Origin: an uncultured Planctomycetales bacterium
GTDB lineage: Bacteria; Planctomycetota; MHYJ01; JACPRB01
NCBI GenBank assembly: GCA_964604905.1
Contig: CAZSCC010000566.1
Location: 682 to 64,681 of the forward strand
DNA: 64,000 nt
Reading direction: 5' to 3'
In this document: positions 1 through 7,316 of the stretch, piece by piece
Numbering within the stretch: position 1 is the stretch's first letter
How the letters are laid out: each line of letters starts with the position of its first letter
The notes under the pieces: generated by a model
The model's database searches: none
Told to the model about the DNA's origin: nothing
The model's input: the letters and a program-made list of their open reading frames with translations, nothing else
Made by a program: the position numbers and the translations under genes

Positions 1-452
1 GCGACCTGGCGATGCTCCGGATCGTCAAGGCCTTCGAGAAGGCCCCGGGCGGCGCGCAGGTGAGCGACGCGCTCATGGCGGGCCTCCCTCCCGGCTCGAA
101 GCCCGAGACGGGCGGCTTCTTCGACTTCGGCGGCCGCTGGGTGGACCAGCGCGTGACGGGCATCCTCTGGCTGACGAACTATGCCCCGGGCGAGGCGGCC
201 CACGCGCCCCAGCTCTTCCGCCGGAAGGACGGGACGATCACGATCCTCTGGGAGAAGACGGGCGGCGCGGGCGGCGCGTCGATCCAGGCGCTCACGGTCG
301 ACGAGAGCGGCAAGAAGCTGGGCGAGCCGACGCGCCTGGGCGCGCCGCTCCAGCTCTCGCGCGAGGCGCTCCCGGTCCGCGTCGCTGACCGCCTCTTCAC
401 GCTGACGCGGGAGGGCCCGCGCCTGCTCCTCTCGTTCCTCCGGGACGATTGA
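1..452 (+). CDS. hypothetical protein, C-terminal part (frame open to window edge)
   Basis: Track ORF 12..452. The same frame has no stop back to nt 3 and shows a GC3-rich codon pattern. No motif recognised. Confidence 0.45.
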   Translation, partial: DLAMLRIVKAFEKAPGGAQVSDALMAGLPPGSKPETGGFFDFGGRWVDQRVTGILWLTNYAPGEAAHAPQLFRRKDGTITILWEKTGGAGGASIQALTVDESGKKLGEPTRLGAPLQLSREALPVRVADRLFTLTREGPRLLLSFLRDD

Positions 453-536
453 GCGCCCCGCCCGCCATTCATTCCGGATTTGACCGCAAGAATCGGATGT
501 CGCCGGCGGGACTCTGCCGCTATCCTGCCTCCTGAG

Positions 537-1577
537 ATGGGCCTGACGGCGACGGAGCGGCGATGGTGGCGCGGGGCGCTCCGTCGCGACCCCGCCTACG
601 ACGACGCCTTCGTCTTCGGCGTCGCCACCACGGCCATCTATTGCCGGGCGAGCTGTCCGGCGCGCCGGCCGCACCTCGCGAACGTCGCCTTCTTCCGGTC
701 CCCCCGCGAGGCGGAGCGCGAGGGCTTCCGCGTCTGCCTTCGCTGCGGTCCCTCGCGACGGGCGGGGGTCCTGGGAGCCTGCGAGTGGATCGCGCGTTCC
801 GTCGAGGCGCCGCCGACCCTCGAGCGCTTGGCGCGTCATGCGGGCTGGAGCCCCGGTCATTTCCAGCGCGTCTTCCTCCGGAGCCTCGGCGTCACACCCC
901 TGCAGTTCGCGCGCCGCCTCCGCTTCGAGCGCTTCGGGCGCGGCCTCCGTTCCGGGGGCCGCATCGCGTCTTCTCTTTACGCGGCGGGCTTCGGCTCTTC
1001 AAGCCGGCTCTACGAACGCGCGCTCTCCCAGATGGGGATGACTCCCGCGACCCTGGCCAGGAAGGGAGCCGGGATGCAGATCGCCTATGACCTGATGGAG
1101 AGCCCTCTCGGAAGGGTCCTGATCGCGGCGACTCCGCTCGGGATCTGCGCGGTGGAGCTCGGCTCCTCCGATCGCACGCTCGCGAAAGGGCTCCGGGACC
1201 GCTTCCCGGCGGCGTCGATCGGGAGAAGCTCGGCGCTCCTCCGGTTCGCGAAGAGCCGCCTGCGGGAGCTCTTCGCGGGCGCCATCCAGGACCCGTCGCT
1301 GCCGCTCGATCTGCGGGCGACGGCCTTCCAGGCGCGGGTGTGGGAGTCGCTCCGCTCCATCCCTTACGGAGAGACGCGCACCTACGCGGAAGTGGCGCGC
1401 GCCCTCGACGGTCCGCGCTCCGTGCGGGCGGTGGCGCGGGCGTGCGGCTCAAACCCTGTGGCGCTCCTCATCCCGTGTCACCGCGTGGTCGGCTCCGGCG
1501 GCGAACTGCGCGGCTACCGATGGGGTCTCGTGCGGAAGCGGGCGCTTCTTCGGGGAGAAAGGCGGAAGGCGCACTGA
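537..1577 (+). CDS. ada: bifunctional Ada: methylphosphotriester-DNA methyltransferase / AraC-type regulator / O6-methylguanine-DNA methyltransferase
   Basis: N-terminal Ada zinc-site pattern (YCRASCPARRP ... VCLRC), a central AraC-type HTH region, and the C-terminal alkyltransferase active site IPCHRVV. ATG at 537 is preferred over the TTG at 480 used by the track. Confidence 0.85.
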   Translation: MGLTATERRWWRGALRRDPAYDDAFVFGVATTAIYCRASCPARRPHLANVAFFRSPREAEREGFRVCLRCGPSRRAGVLGACEWIARSVEAPPTLERLARHAGWSPGHFQRVFLRSLGVTPLQFARRLRFERFGRGLRSGGRIASSLYAAGFGSSSRLYERALSQMGMTPATLARKGAGMQIAYDLMESPLGRVLIAATPLGICAVELGSSDRTLAKGLRDRFPAASIGRSSALLRFAKSRLRELFAGAIQDPSLPLDLRATAFQARVWESLRSIPYGETRTYAEVARALDGPRSVRAVARACGSNPVALLIPCHRVVGSGGELRGYRWGLVRKRALLRGERRKAH

Positions 1578-1581
1578 GGGA

Positions 1582-1627
1582 GAACTACGCCCCTTCGCCC
1601 AGCGCCTCCAGGTCGGCAAGGTCCTTC
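1582..1627. repeat. dispersed repeat copy A (3-prime end of the nucleotidyltransferase gene)
   Basis: 46 nt (gaactacgccccttcgcccagcgcctccaggtcggcaaggtccttc) recur at 7009..7054 with 2 mismatches. Confidence 0.85.
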
Positions 1628-2034
1628 TTTCGTCCCGCCGCGCGCTTGTTGGCCGTCAGCTGATCGCGGCCCAAGTAGGAAACCGATACGTCGCCATAGG
1701 CGCCGGGCGCCTTCCCGCGATCAGCTTCCTCCCAGGTCACGCCCGAGATCGAGGTGAGAAGGTCGATGCGGACGGGGGGCCTTCCCAGTTGGATCACCTG
1801 GTTCGGCTGGGTGAAGTCGGACTCGGCCAGCCCGAGCGAACCGAAGCTGAATTCACTGAGGACCTTCACCACTCTCCGCGCGTTCTCCTGGGACGGGCGG
1901 AGGTAGAGATCGAAGACTCCGGTGTTGCGGGGCGCTCCATGATGGGCGAGGGCGTAGGCGCCCACGACGACGCACTCAACGCCGTGATTGTTGAGCAACG
2001 CGAGCATGTCTCTGAAGTCGGGCTGAACTTCCAT
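1585..2034 (-). CDS. minimal nucleotidyltransferase-fold protein (toxin-antitoxin-like NTase family)
   Basis: 149 aa. It has an NTase-like G-x-(n)-D-x-D region (VVVGAYALAHHGAPRNTGVFDLYL) and the family-typical C-terminus ANKRAAGRKKDLADLEALGE. Confidence 0.65.
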   Translation of the reverse strand: MEVQPDFRDMLALLNNHGVECVVVGAYALAHHGAPRNTGVFDLYLRPSQENARRVVKVLSEFSFGSLGLAESDFTQPNQVIQLGRPPVRIDLLTSISGVTWEEADRGKAPGAYGDVSVSYLGRDQLTANKRAAGRKKDLADLEALGEGA

Positions 2035-2164
2035 ACCTCTCTCTTCGCAAGAGCTCTACGGCTTCAACACGCTCCTCGGGCGGCCGGCTCATCCAATAGG
2101 CCAGATCGTCGGCCTGGGCGGATGGGTCGCCCAGGGTCCGCTTCCGGACGACCTTCTGGATCAT
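1976..2164 (-). CDS. small partner protein upstream of the NTase (antitoxin-like)
   Basis: 62-aa ORF on the same strand whose 3-prime end overlaps the NTase start by 59 nt. Coding-like GC3. The functional call rests on context only. Confidence 0.4.
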   Translation of the reverse strand: MIQKVVRKRTLGDPSAQADDLAYWMSRPPEERVEAVELLRRERYGSSARLQRHARVAQQSRR

Positions 2165-2263
2165 GGAGTCATCCTACGACAAGGGGGTGAGTCGAGTCAA
2201 TTCTCCCCTGGCGGAGGGTCGTTCCAGCGGGGCGGCCAGGCGAAACAAATCGGTGAGGCAGCC

Positions 2264-2785
2264 TCAGTCCCCCTGCTCGGCCCGCTTCCGGATCCGGATC
2301 GGCGTTCCCAGAAGATGCAGGAATTCCGGGTAGTCCGAGAGGAGACGCTGGTAGGCGTGGATGGAGGCTTCGCTCTCCTCGTTCCAGAGCAGGTCGGCCG
2401 CGGCCAGGAGGAGCCGCGCTTCGTGCAGCAGCCGCGCCACCGGGCGGCCCCGGTGCCGGGGACACAGGCCCGCCCTTGTCTCGGGTTGATCGGCGGGGTC
2501 CGGGTGAAAGACGGTCCGCTCCCCGCCGTCGACCTCGACGAGGAGGAGGCGACGGGTCGACACCTTCACGGTTCCGGCGGGGACGATCTCGCAGCGGGTC
2601 CGGTCCGCGAGTGAGTCGACCTTCGTGCGGCACTCCCACGCGGTCACGTGGACGTCCGCCGGCTCGTTCCAGACCACCTTGATCCTGCGATCGGGGACGG
2701 TCGCCGCGGGAGGGGCGTCGCCGATCCCCGGACCCTGCGGGCAGCCCATGAGGAGCAGGGCCGGGAGGGCTCCGGAGAAGCGCAC
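2264..2785 (-). CDS. hypothetical lipoprotein
   Basis: N-terminal signal peptide with lipobox (ALLLMGC). No further motif recognised. Confidence 0.6.
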   Translation of the reverse strand: MRFSGALPALLLMGCPQGPGIGDAPPAATVPDRRIKVVWNEPADVHVTAWECRTKVDSLADRTRCEIVPAGTVKVSTRRLLLVEVDGGERTVFHPDPADQPETRAGLCPRHRGRPVARLLHEARLLLAAADLLWNEESEASIHAYQRLLSDYPEFLHLLGTPIRIRKRAEQGD

Positions 2786-2898
2786 GTATTGAAGACGTGC
2801 CGGCGGACGTCGATGCCGGAGGGGACCACGAAGGGCCGCGACGCCCGGCCGTGCACCGACCGAGGAGAAGCGCCTTGCCTGCGGCCGGCGGGAACTTC

Positions 2899-4248
2899 CT
2901 ACCGCTTCTTGAATCGACCCGCCTTCTCGGCCATCTCGCGGACCGCCTGGACCACCGCGTCCTGCGCGGCGGAGGCGAAGATCCCGGGGCCTCCGGAGTA
3001 GACGCCCCGCGTCTCGTAGCCCCCCTCCTCGAGCACCCGCGCCGACGGCAGGTAGCCGAAGACGTCGTTGCAGTAGGCGGCCACCCAGAGGTTGAGCGGC
3101 CCGAGCGCCTTCTCCAGGAAGGTCACGTAGTCCACCACCACTTCCCCCGGGAGGCCCACCATCGTGAGGTCGTCCCCGAACTGCCAGAGCGCCACGGGCG
3201 CGGCGTAGTGCGACGGCACTTTCTCTCCCTTGTCGAGCAGCGCGAGGAGGCCCTTGTACACACCCCGCTTCTCGCCCGGTCCGCTCTTCGCGAGCTTCTC
3301 GAGCTCGTCGCGCGCGGGCGCCGCCTGCAGGGGGAGGTCGACCTTCTGCATCAGGGTCTGGAGCGGCCCGCGCAGCGGCTGGAGCTTCGAGCCCAGGACC
3401 CGGCTCACCTCGCGGCCGAGCGAGGTCCCGTGCTCGCGGGCGATCTCGGCCGTCCCGCGCGGGTGGGGGTTCGCGTCCCCCGCGCAGCCCAGCATCATCA
3501 GCGCCCGGGCGCCCGGGTGGAGCTCCTCCACCTGCCGCTGCGCGTAGCCGCCGTAGTCCCCCGAGAGGAGCATGTTCTTGTCGGTGAGCGTCGTGTTGTG
3601 GCAGGCACAGCCGAAGAGCACCGCCCGGAGCTTGCCGTCCGCGCCGTCCACGCGGAGGACCGGGACGCTCCGGTCGACGAGCCCGCGGGCGTTCACCCCC
3701 AGGATCACCCCCCGCGGCGTGAACTCGCGGCGGTTCATGACGAAGCCCGCCACGCCTGCGCCCCAGGAGAGCCGCGCCGGCTCCAGGTTCGCGAGCGCGG
3801 CCGCGACGAGGTCGACCACCTGGTCCTGCAGCCGGCGCGTGTAGGCGGCGGTCCGCCGCGCATCCTCGGCGGGGAAGTTCTCGCGAGCGTTCTCGTCGAG
3901 GCTCAGCGTCGGGCCGCTGTGGGTGTGGATCGAGTTGAGGAGGATCTGCCCGCGCTTGAGGCCCGATTTCGCGGAGATCCTCTCGCAGATCGCCTCCGCG
4001 ATCGCGGCCCGGAAGCCGATGAGGTCGGAGGTCACGATCACGCCGCGGTTCCCCTGGGCGTCGGCGAACGCCAGCGCCTTCGCGAAGAGGTCGTCGTTCA
4101 CCTTCTCGAAGGGCTTCGTCCGCGACGCGTAGCCCGACATCTGGACCGGCTCGTCGGGCGTGATCTTGACCGACGCGACGCCGACCTTCCAGTCGTCGTC
4201 GAGGGGAGCCGCGAAAACGGCGAACGCCAGGAGGATCCGTCCGATCAT
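2899..4248 (-). CDS. neutral/alkaline non-lysosomal ceramidase-like hydrolase (secreted)
   Basis: Signal peptide MIGRILLAFAVFAAP. N-terminal family pattern KITPDEPVQMSGYASR ... DLFAKALAF ... SIHTHSGP. ATG at 4248 chosen; the track ORF extends to 4347. Confidence 0.75.
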   Translation of the reverse strand: MIGRILLAFAVFAAPLDDDWKVGVASVKITPDEPVQMSGYASRTKPFEKVNDDLFAKALAFADAQGNRGVIVTSDLIGFRAAIAEAICERISAKSGLKRGQILLNSIHTHSGPTLSLDENARENFPAEDARRTAAYTRRLQDQVVDLVAAALANLEPARLSWGAGVAGFVMNRREFTPRGVILGVNARGLVDRSVPVLRVDGADGKLRAVLFGCACHNTTLTDKNMLLSGDYGGYAQRQVEELHPGARALMMLGCAGDANPHPRGTAEIAREHGTSLGREVSRVLGSKLQPLRGPLQTLMQKVDLPLQAAPARDELEKLAKSGPGEKRGVYKGLLALLDKGEKVPSHYAAPVALWQFGDDLTMVGLPGEVVVDYVTFLEKALGPLNLWVAAYCNDVFGYLPSARVLEEGGYETRGVYSGGPGIFASAAQDAVVQAVREMAEKAGRFKKR

Positions 4249-4334
4249 GGGAATGCCCTCTACCGGATACTTAACGCCCCGCGCCGTACGCTTTTCCCTT
4301 TCCGGTGCCACGGAGAAGGGATAAGGAGGACTCG

Positions 4335-4793
4335 ATGAAGATCGCAAGCCTGATCCTGGTCTTTGCCGCCGGGGCGGCCCTCATGGCGTTGACGCAGGCG
4401 CCCGCGCAGGAACCCAAGCCCATCGCCTCGGGCGTGGTCCCCTGGAGCGAGACGCCCGAGACCTTCGCCTGGGGGGAGATGCGGAAGGCGTTCACGGGCG
4501 AATCGTTCGCCACGAAGAAGCTGTTCGTGTCGTCCTTCGTCCTCAAGGCCGGGACGGAGGTCCACGCCCCGCACCGCCACGCGCAGGAGGAGTTCATGAC
4601 GATGGTCGAGGGTTCGGGGACGTGGCATCTGGACGGGAAGGAGATCCCGGCGAAGAAGGGGGACGTCATCTACGTCGCCCCCTGGGTGAGGCACGGGCTC
4701 AAGAACACGGGCCCCACGCCGCTCGTCTACTTCGTCGCGCAGTGGAATCCCAAGGGGATGGAGGCGGCGCCCGACCCCGAGAAGGCGAAGTAG
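4335..4793 (+). CDS. cupin domain protein (secreted)
   Basis: AAGGAGGA lies 6 nt upstream of the ATG at 4335. Signal peptide present. Cupin motifs HAPHRHAQEEFMTMVEG and GDVIYVAPWVRHGLKN. Confidence 0.8.
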   Translation: MKIASLILVFAAGAALMALTQAPAQEPKPIASGVVPWSETPETFAWGEMRKAFTGESFATKKLFVSSFVLKAGTEVHAPHRHAQEEFMTMVEGSGTWHLDGKEIPAKKGDVIYVAPWVRHGLKNTGPTPLVYFVAQWNPKGMEAAPDPEKAK

Positions 4794-4826
4794 CCGCATC
4801 TTCCGGGGAGGACGGTTGTTCAACAC

Positions 4827-6140
4827 ATGATGCGTCTCGCGCTCGCCGCCCTGGCCTCGCTGATCGGGTCCCAGTCCGGGCCCCCGCGGCCCCACATCGT
4901 CTTCATCCTCGCCGACGACATGGGATGGAAGGACGTCGGCTACCACGGGAGCGAGATCAGGACGCCGAACCTCGACCGGCTGGCCGCCGAGGGGGTCCGC
5001 CTCGAGCAGTTCTACGTCCAGCCGCTCTGCTCCCCGACGCGCGCGTCGCTCATGACCGGGCGGTACCCGATGCGGTACGGCCTCCAGGTGGACGTGATCC
5101 GCCCCGACGCGACCTACGGGTTGCCGCTCGAGGAGCGGATGCTTCCCCAGGCGCTCCGCGAGGCGGGGTATGCGACGCACATGGTCGGCAAGTGGCACCT
5201 CGGGAGCTTCGACGAGAAGTACTGGCCTACGTCGCGCGGGTTCGACCATCACTACGGCCACCTCTTCGGCATGATCGACTACAACACCCACCTGCGCAAC
5301 GGCAAGCTCGACTGGTACCGCGACGGGAAGCCGCTCCAGGAGGAGGGCTACACCACGCAGCTCATGGGCCGCGAGGCGGTCCGGATCGTCCGCGAGCACG
5401 ACCTCTCGAAGCCGCTCTTCCTCTACGTCGCCTTCAACGCCACCCACTCGCCGCTCCAGGCGCCGCAGGAGTACGTCGACCGGGCCAAGGACATCGCCGA
5501 CGGCGACCGGCGGCTCAAGGCGGCGATGACGGCGTGCATGGACGACCAGGTGGGCGCGATCGCCACCGAGCTCGAGAAGCGCGGGATGCGGGGAAAGACG
5601 CTCTTCATCTTCCTGAGCGACAACGGCGGGCCGATCGGGAAGGGTCAGGCGTCGGACAACACTCCGCTCCGGGCCGGCAAGGCGACGCTCTACGAAGGCG
5701 GGGTCCGCGTCCCCGCGTTCGCGGTGTGGCCGGGCCGGATCCAGGCGGGCGCGGTCGTGAACGAGATGCTCCACATGGTGGACTGGCACCCGACTCTTCT
5801 CGGGCTCGCGGGGGCGAAGCGGGACTCCCCGCTGCCTCTCGACGGGAAGGACGCCTGGGCCGCGATCGCGGAAGGCAAGCCCTCGCCGCGCGACGAGATC
5901 CTCCACAACGTCGAGCCCGCGCGCGGGGCGCTCCGGAAGGGCGCGTGGAAGATCGTGGTCCAGGGGAAGCTCCCCGCCGAGGACGCCGGCGCTCCCCGGA
6001 ACGTGGAGCTCTTCAACATCGGCGACGATCCGAACGAGAAGAACGACCTGGCGGCGAAGCATCCCGACCGGGTGAAGGAGCTCCTGGAGCGCCTCAACAC
6101 CTTCGCGCGCGAGGCGGTCCCTCCCAGGAACCGGCCGTAG
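4827..6140 (+). CDS. arylsulfatase (formylglycine-dependent sulfatase family)
   Basis: Sulfatase signature CSPTRASLMTGRYP, ILADDMGWKDVG, and DNGGP further on. Confidence 0.9.
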   Translation: MMRLALAALASLIGSQSGPPRPHIVFILADDMGWKDVGYHGSEIRTPNLDRLAAEGVRLEQFYVQPLCSPTRASLMTGRYPMRYGLQVDVIRPDATYGLPLEERMLPQALREAGYATHMVGKWHLGSFDEKYWPTSRGFDHHYGHLFGMIDYNTHLRNGKLDWYRDGKPLQEEGYTTQLMGREAVRIVREHDLSKPLFLYVAFNATHSPLQAPQEYVDRAKDIADGDRRLKAAMTACMDDQVGAIATELEKRGMRGKTLFIFLSDNGGPIGKGQASDNTPLRAGKATLYEGGVRVPAFAVWPGRIQAGAVVNEMLHMVDWHPTLLGLAGAKRDSPLPLDGKDAWAAIAEGKPSPRDEILHNVEPARGALRKGAWKIVVQGKLPAEDAGAPRNVELFNIGDDPNEKNDLAAKHPDRVKELLERLNTFAREAVPPRNRP

Positions 6141-6171
6141 CCCTGCTTGTCGAGAATTGAAACGCCTGCTC

Positions 6172-6200
6172 TTGGTTCCGTGGCACGGGGTACCTATATA
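6172..6200 (+). promoter_or_regulatory. candidate sigma70-like promoter (TTGGTT-N17-TATATA)
   Basis: Hexamers at 6172..6177 and 6195..6200 with a 17-nt spacer, ~70 nt upstream of the 6266/6270 starts. Consensus match only. Confidence 0.2.
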
Positions 6201-6265
6201 TAGGCGAGGAGACGAGATCGTCCTCGAACAGCCGCTTGAAGTGAAGCCGTAACGCCACAGGAGGC

Positions 6266-7273
6266 ATGCATGTGGCGATTCCTGCCCGCGCTGTTCCTTG
6301 CGAGGGCGATCGGGTGCGGGAGCGCCCGGGAGGAGAGCGTTCCCCCGTCCACATCGGTGAAGCCCCCGCCCCTGCGAAGGCGCCCGGACCCGCTCCGGCG
6401 GAGAAGCCTGCTCCTTCTCCGCCTCCCCCAGCAGTGCCGCGCAAGGTCGTTGCCGGACTCGTCGCCCCCGTCGGTCCGCGCGGAACCCTCACGCGCGTCC
6501 GGACCCTGACGATCGACAAACCCGGCGTCTACGAAAACTATCTGGTGGATGCCGAGTTCGCCCCGCAGGACGCCGTCCGGATCAAGGCCGACGGCGTCGT
6601 CCTGCGCAACTGCGAGATCCGCAACGGGGCCCGCGACGGCATCGAGATCTACGCGTCGGACGTGCTCATCGAGAACTGCCGCATCCACCGCTTCCTCAAC
6701 GGCAGCTTCGCGCCCCACCTCGAAGCTCACGGCATCACCGGTCAGCCCACGCGCCTGACGATCCGCAACTGCGAGATCTCCTACGTCTCGGGCGATTGCG
6801 TCCAGTTCGATCCCGGCCGCAAGCCGTGGACCGACGTGGTGATCGAGAACTGCGTGTTCTACGACAACGAGATCTCGCTGCGGCTCCGCGGGCCGCAGGG
6901 CAATCCCAACGGCCTGGGCGGCGCGTGGGTGACGGCGGAGAGCTGCGCCTTCTACTCCTCCGGCGTCGCCGTGCGGCTGGAGGACCGGATTGAGAGACGC
7001 GCACATAGGAACTACGTCCCTTCGCCCAGCGCCTCCAGGTCGGCAAGATCCTTCCTGTCCCCGGGACCCGCTTGTTCCACGGTGCAGGCAAGCAGCCCCC
7101 GGGTAGGGATCTTCAGCAATCCAGGATCTTTCTCGCGAACGCAGACCGTGTGGCGCACTTGGACTTCTATCGGTGGGGCGGGCGATTCCTGCCACGGATC
7201 CGCGCCCCTCCCATTCAAGCGTACGGTCGGGACGCCTTCTGGGAAGCCTGCGCGGGGAGCGGCAGCGGCGTGA
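6266..7273 (+). CDS. right-handed parallel beta-helix (pectate-lyase-fold) protein; signal peptide lies in another frame (possible frameshift) and the 3-prime end runs into an antisense gene remnant
   Basis: Repeated NCEI/NCRI/NCEI/NCVF beta-helix rungs (VLRNCEIRNG, LIENCRIHRF, TIRNCEISYV, VIENCVFYDN). A lipoprotein signal MWRFLPALFLARAIGCGS starts at 6270 in the adjacent frame. Confidence 0.55.
   Translation: MHVAIPARAVPCEGDRVRERPGGERSPVHIGEAPAPAKAPGPAPAEKPAPSPPPPAVPRKVVAGLVAPVGPRGTLTRVRTLTIDKPGVYENYLVDAEFAPQDAVRIKADGVVLRNCEIRNGARDGIEIYASDVLIENCRIHRFLNGSFAPHLEAHGITGQPTRLTIRNCEISYVSGDCVQFDPGRKPWTDVVIENCVFYDNEISLRLRGPQGNPNGLGGAWVTAESCAFYSSGVAVRLEDRIERRAHRNYVPSPSASRSARSFLSPGPACSTVQASSPRVGIFSNPGSFSRTQTVWRTWTSIGGAGDSCHGSAPLPFKRTVGTPSGKPARGAAAA
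7009..7054. repeat. dispersed repeat copy B
   Basis: Matches 1582..1627 with 2 mismatches. Confidence 0.85.
7012..7218 (-). pseudogene. remnant of a second NTase-family gene (C-terminal part only)
   Basis: The translation ends ...GDRKDLADLEALGEGT, as does the intact NTase at 1585..2034 (...GRKKDLADLEALGEGA). An upstream PPIEVQV resembles PPVRIDL. The N-terminal catalytic half is absent. Confidence 0.45.
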
Positions 7274-7316
7274 GGAGTCTCACCCGATCACCCCTCATCC
7301 GTGACGCGTCCCGCCG

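Noticed and set aside
4260-6062. 600-aa minus-strand ORF antisense to the cupin and sulfatase genes
   Set aside because: It has Arg/Pro/Gly/Leu/Val-rich composition with no motifs, typical of a shadow ORF in GC-rich DNA. The plus strand carries a motif-bearing sulfatase (CSPTRASLMTGRYP).
6181-6186. TGGCAC, a possible sigma-54 -24 element
   Set aside because: There is no TTGC-type -12 element at the required spacing (the sequence there is ACCT).
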